DNA from: Candidatus Micrarchaeota archaeon
Lineage (GTDB): Archaea > Micrarchaeota > Micrarchaeia > Anstonellales > Bilamarchaeaceae
Length of the DNA: 62,930 nucleotides
Assembly (NCBI GenBank): GCA_043827025.1
Contig: JBDRPL010000024.1
Coordinates: forward strand, 1-62,930
Direction: 5' to 3'
Of the stretch, positions 60,126 through 62,930 are shown piece by piece. Position numbers and translations under genes: made by a program. Every line of letters starts with the position of its first letter. Position 1 is the stretch's first letter. Below the pieces are notes generated by a model. It was given only the letters and a program-made list of their open reading frames with translations. It was not told the origin of the DNA and made no database searches.

Positions 60126-61130
60126 ATGGAAAACATCTTGCAGAAGCTTGCTGAATCCAAGGACCTGGCAAGCAAAGAAGCAGAAGGTGTAATGCAGGCT
60201 TTGATAGATATCAATGTCAATCTCATTCAGGCATCAGCAATACTGACTGCACTTCGCATGAAAGGCGAGACTATAGATGAGATAACTGCATTCGCAAAGG
60301 TAATGAAACAAAATGCAATTTGCATAAAACCAAATTCAAAATTCCTTGTGGATACTTGCGGAACAGGTGGCGACAGCCTTGGAACATTCAATGTTTCCAC
60401 CACAGCCATGTTTGTTGTGGCAGGAGCAGGCTGTGCAGTGGCAAAACACGGCAATCGTGCAACATCTTCAAGTTGCGGTTCAGCAGATGTTCTTGAACAT
60501 CTTGGAATTAACATAAACATGGCACCGAAAGATGTTGAAAGGTGCATTGAAAGAATAGGGCTGGGATTCATGTTCGCTCCGATCTTCCATCCTGCAATGA
60601 AAAATGTTGCACCAATAAGGAAAGAACTTGGAATAAGAACGATTTTCAACATACTTGGACCGCTGACCAATCCTGCATCTGCCCCATCTCAAATAATCGG
60701 AGTCTACAAACCAGAACTGACTAAAAAAATTGCAGAGGTTGCCCGAAATCTTGGAATCAGGCGTGCACTTGTTGTCCACGGTTCTGGAATAGATGAAATA
60801 TGCCTTCATGGAACAACTAAGGTTTCGGAATTGGTAAATAACACGATAAAAACTTATGAAATCGAGCCAAAAGGCTTAGGATTGAAAAGGGCTGAAATTG
60901 ACGCGATAAGAACGAATTCAAAGCAAGAAAACGTGCAAATCCTGCTGGATATTCTGAATGGCAAAAAATCACCACATCGCGAAATCGTTTTGGCAAATGC
61001 TGGCGCTGCCATCTACGTTTCAGGAAAGGCAGAATCAATAACTGAAGGTATTCTGCTCGCAAAGGAAAGTATTGATTCGGGAAATGCGAAGAAGAAACTA
61101 GGTGAATTGATTCACTTTAGTGAACGGTGA
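60126..61130 (+). CDS. trpD: anthranilate phosphoribosyltransferase
   Basis: DTCGTGGD; NVST; KHGNR; RTIFNILGPL. Confidence 0.97.
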   Translation: MENILQKLAESKDLASKEAEGVMQALIDINVNLIQASAILTALRMKGETIDEITAFAKVMKQNAICIKPNSKFLVDTCGTGGDSLGTFNVSTTAMFVVAGAGCAVAKHGNRATSSSCGSADVLEHLGININMAPKDVERCIERIGLGFMFAPIFHPAMKNVAPIRKELGIRTIFNILGPLTNPASAPSQIIGVYKPELTKKIAEVARNLGIRRALVVHGSGIDEICLHGTTKVSELVNNTIKTYEIEPKGLGLKRAEIDAIRTNSKQENVQILLDILNGKKSPHREIVLANAGAAIYVSGKAESITEGILLAKESIDSGNAKKKLGELIHFSER

Positions 61131-61789
61131 AGAGTATGGATGAAGGCATAAGGCATTATTATGGCGGAATAATTGCAGAGATAAAACCCGCATCCCCAAG
61201 CGAAGGCGATCTTTATTCTGGTTCAATAGAAGAACTGGCAAAGATATATGAAGAAAATGGCGCGGGTGCGATTTCTGTTCTGACAAATGAAAAACTATTC
61301 AAAGGAAAACTAGAAAACGTGACAATCGCAAAGAATGCAACCAAATTGCCAATATTGATGAAGGACTTTATCGTTTCCAGGGAACATGTGGATGCTGGCA
61401 AGAAAGCAGGTGCGGACATCATACTTATAATTCTTGGAACTTCGCCATTGGAATTGATTGATTACACTCATTCACTCGGTCTTCAGGTGCTGCTTGAAAC
61501 GCACACCTTGGAAGAATTCAGGCAAGCAAAAAAAACAAATGCGGATTTCATTGGAATCAATAACAGAAACCTAAAAACAATGGAAATCGACATAACAAAT
61601 ACGATAAGGATACTTGGAAAAGAAAAACCAGATAGAATGATTGTATCCGAAAGCGGAATAAAAACCAGACATGACATTGAAATATTGGAAAATGCAGGAG
61701 TGTCAGGCTTTCTGGTAGGAACTTCACTATTAAAATCCAAGGACGTAGGTGCAAAGCTAAGAGAACTGTTAAAAAATGATAGTTCATAA
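61127..61789 (+). CDS. trpC: indole-3-glycerol phosphate synthase (short N-terminus)
   Basis: IAEIKPASPS; ISVLT; KDF; GINNRNL; SESG. Confidence 0.95.
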   Translation: MKSMDEGIRHYYGGIIAEIKPASPSEGDLYSGSIEELAKIYEENGAGAISVLTNEKLFKGKLENVTIAKNATKLPILMKDFIVSREHVDAGKKAGADIILIILGTSPLELIDYTHSLGLQVLLETHTLEEFRQAKKTNADFIGINNRNLKTMEIDITNTIRILGKEKPDRMIVSESGIKTRHDIEILENAGVSGFLVGTSLLKSKDVGAKLRELLKNDSS

Positions 61790-61798
61790 AAGTAAAAT

Positions 61799-62428
61799 AT
61801 GGTTAAGATCAAGATTTGCGGTTTAACAAACGAGAGTGATGCTAGGGTCGCCTGCAGGTTAGGCGCTAATTTCATAGGCGTTGTTGTATCTCCTGAATCT
61901 TCAAGAAAAGTGACCAACGAACAGGCCATAAGCATATTAAAGACGAAAACTCCATTTATCTCTTCAGTAGTTGTGACTTCTTCAACAAGATTGACAGATA
62001 TAGAAGATATTGTCTGCAACATTGCACCAGATTTAATACAATTGCACGGTGATATCCACCCAAGCCTTCTTGAAAGGCTTGAATTTCATGGAAAACTTAT
62101 TAAGACGATTCCGATATGTGAAGGTGTAGATTATGCAAAATATTTCAAAGGATATGGGCATCTTGTTTCTTCATTTTTGCTTGACACTAAAGCAGGCAAT
62201 CGCTTAGGCGGAACAGGTATTGTCGGAGATTGGGATTTGAGCGCAAAAATAGTGAAGGAATCTCCAAAACCAGTTTTCCTTGCAGGCGGACTCACACCTG
62301 AAAACGTGTTCGAAGCAGTGAAAAAAGTGAAACCATACTCCCTAGATATATGCACTGGTGTAGAGGAAAAAATTGGGAAAAAATCAGAAGAAAAGATGAG
62401 GAAGCTCATTGAACTTTCAAGGCCATGA
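61799..62428 (+). CDS. trpF: phosphoribosylanthranilate isomerase
   Basis: IKICGLT; QLHG; GGTG; LAGGLTPENV. Confidence 0.95.
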   Translation: MVKIKICGLTNESDARVACRLGANFIGVVVSPESSRKVTNEQAISILKTKTPFISSVVVTSSTRLTDIEDIVCNIAPDLIQLHGDIHPSLLERLEFHGKLIKTIPICEGVDYAKYFKGYGHLVSSFLLDTKAGNRLGGTGIVGDWDLSAKIVKESPKPVFLAGGLTPENVFEAVKKVKPYSLDICTGVEEKIGKKSEEKMRKLIELSRP

Positions 62429-62446
62429 TGAAACATCTGTTTATTT

Positions 62447-62794
62447 TCATTCCCCAATAACCTTTACCAACACTCTTTTATTCCTCTGTCCGTCGAACTC
62501 GCAGTAGAATATCTGTTCCCATGGACCCAAATCTAGTTTTCCGTTTGTTACTGCCATGACCACCTGATGGCCAATAAGCTGGCGCCATATATGCGATGCC
62601 GCATTGTCTTCTCCCGTATCATTGTGCCTATAATCTGAATTGTAAGGAACGAGACGCTCAAGAACTTTTTTGTAATCTTCCTTAAGGCCTGGCTCATCAT
62701 CGTTAATGATTATGGCGGCAGTTATGTGCATTGGATTGATTAGAACAAGACCTTCCTTCGCTCCGCTTTTGTCAATCACCTGCTGTACTGATGG
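62447..62794 (-). pseudogene. yjbQ: YjbQ-family protein, N-terminus missing
   Basis: [34 protein letters not shown]; about 20 N-terminal residues replaced by transposase DNA. Confidence 0.8.
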
Positions 62795-62930
62795 CAATGG
62801 TCAGGACCAAAGTTGACACAATAAATTGTAATTCCCAGATCCCTTGCTTTCTGCTCAAATGCAGTTTTGCACAGTTCCCTTACTTCTCTTGGAAGAAATA
62901 CTGGTTTTCTGAAATTAGGAGTAAATTGTA
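62776..62930 (-). mobile_element. tnpA: IS200/IS605 TnpA (HUH Y1) transposase fragment
   Basis: Hand translation QFTPNFRKPVF...[29 protein letters not shown] then QYSR*; runs off window. Confidence 0.8.

Overview
Archaeal chromosomal segment, most consistent with a DPANN archaeon such as Micrarchaeota. This is an inference from the archaeal ribosomal proteins, a divergent stand-alone 16S rRNA gene, non-canonical tRNA introns and a double-domain Lrp regulator. Core content: the S17-L15/secY/adk ribosomal block, serS, the L7Ae-S28e-L24e and L18e-L13-S9-rpoN-tRNA-Pro-S2-ndk clusters, an arginine-metabolism cluster (argG, argH, DapF-like, amidinotransferase, arginine-synthetase-like, frameshifted carbamate kinase), a TrpY-linked trpEG..DCF region, helicases, dph5, trxB and many orphan ORFs. 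Hand reading found several items the ORF track does not show: a 45-nt bulge-helix-bulge intron in the 16S gene; a tRNA-Pro(GGG) with two non-canonical introns and a duplicated 3' end; an unassigned ~140-nt multi-stem RNA-like structure after ndk; structured leaders before rps17 and dph5; a 92-bp hairpin insertion that duplicates a gene's 3' end; an ALDH homolog lacking its catalytic Cys; a tandem pair of unusual radical SAM paralogs; and an IS200 TnpA fragment fused to a decapitated yjbQ. All calls come from motif recognition and manual base-pairing; no database search or folding program was run.
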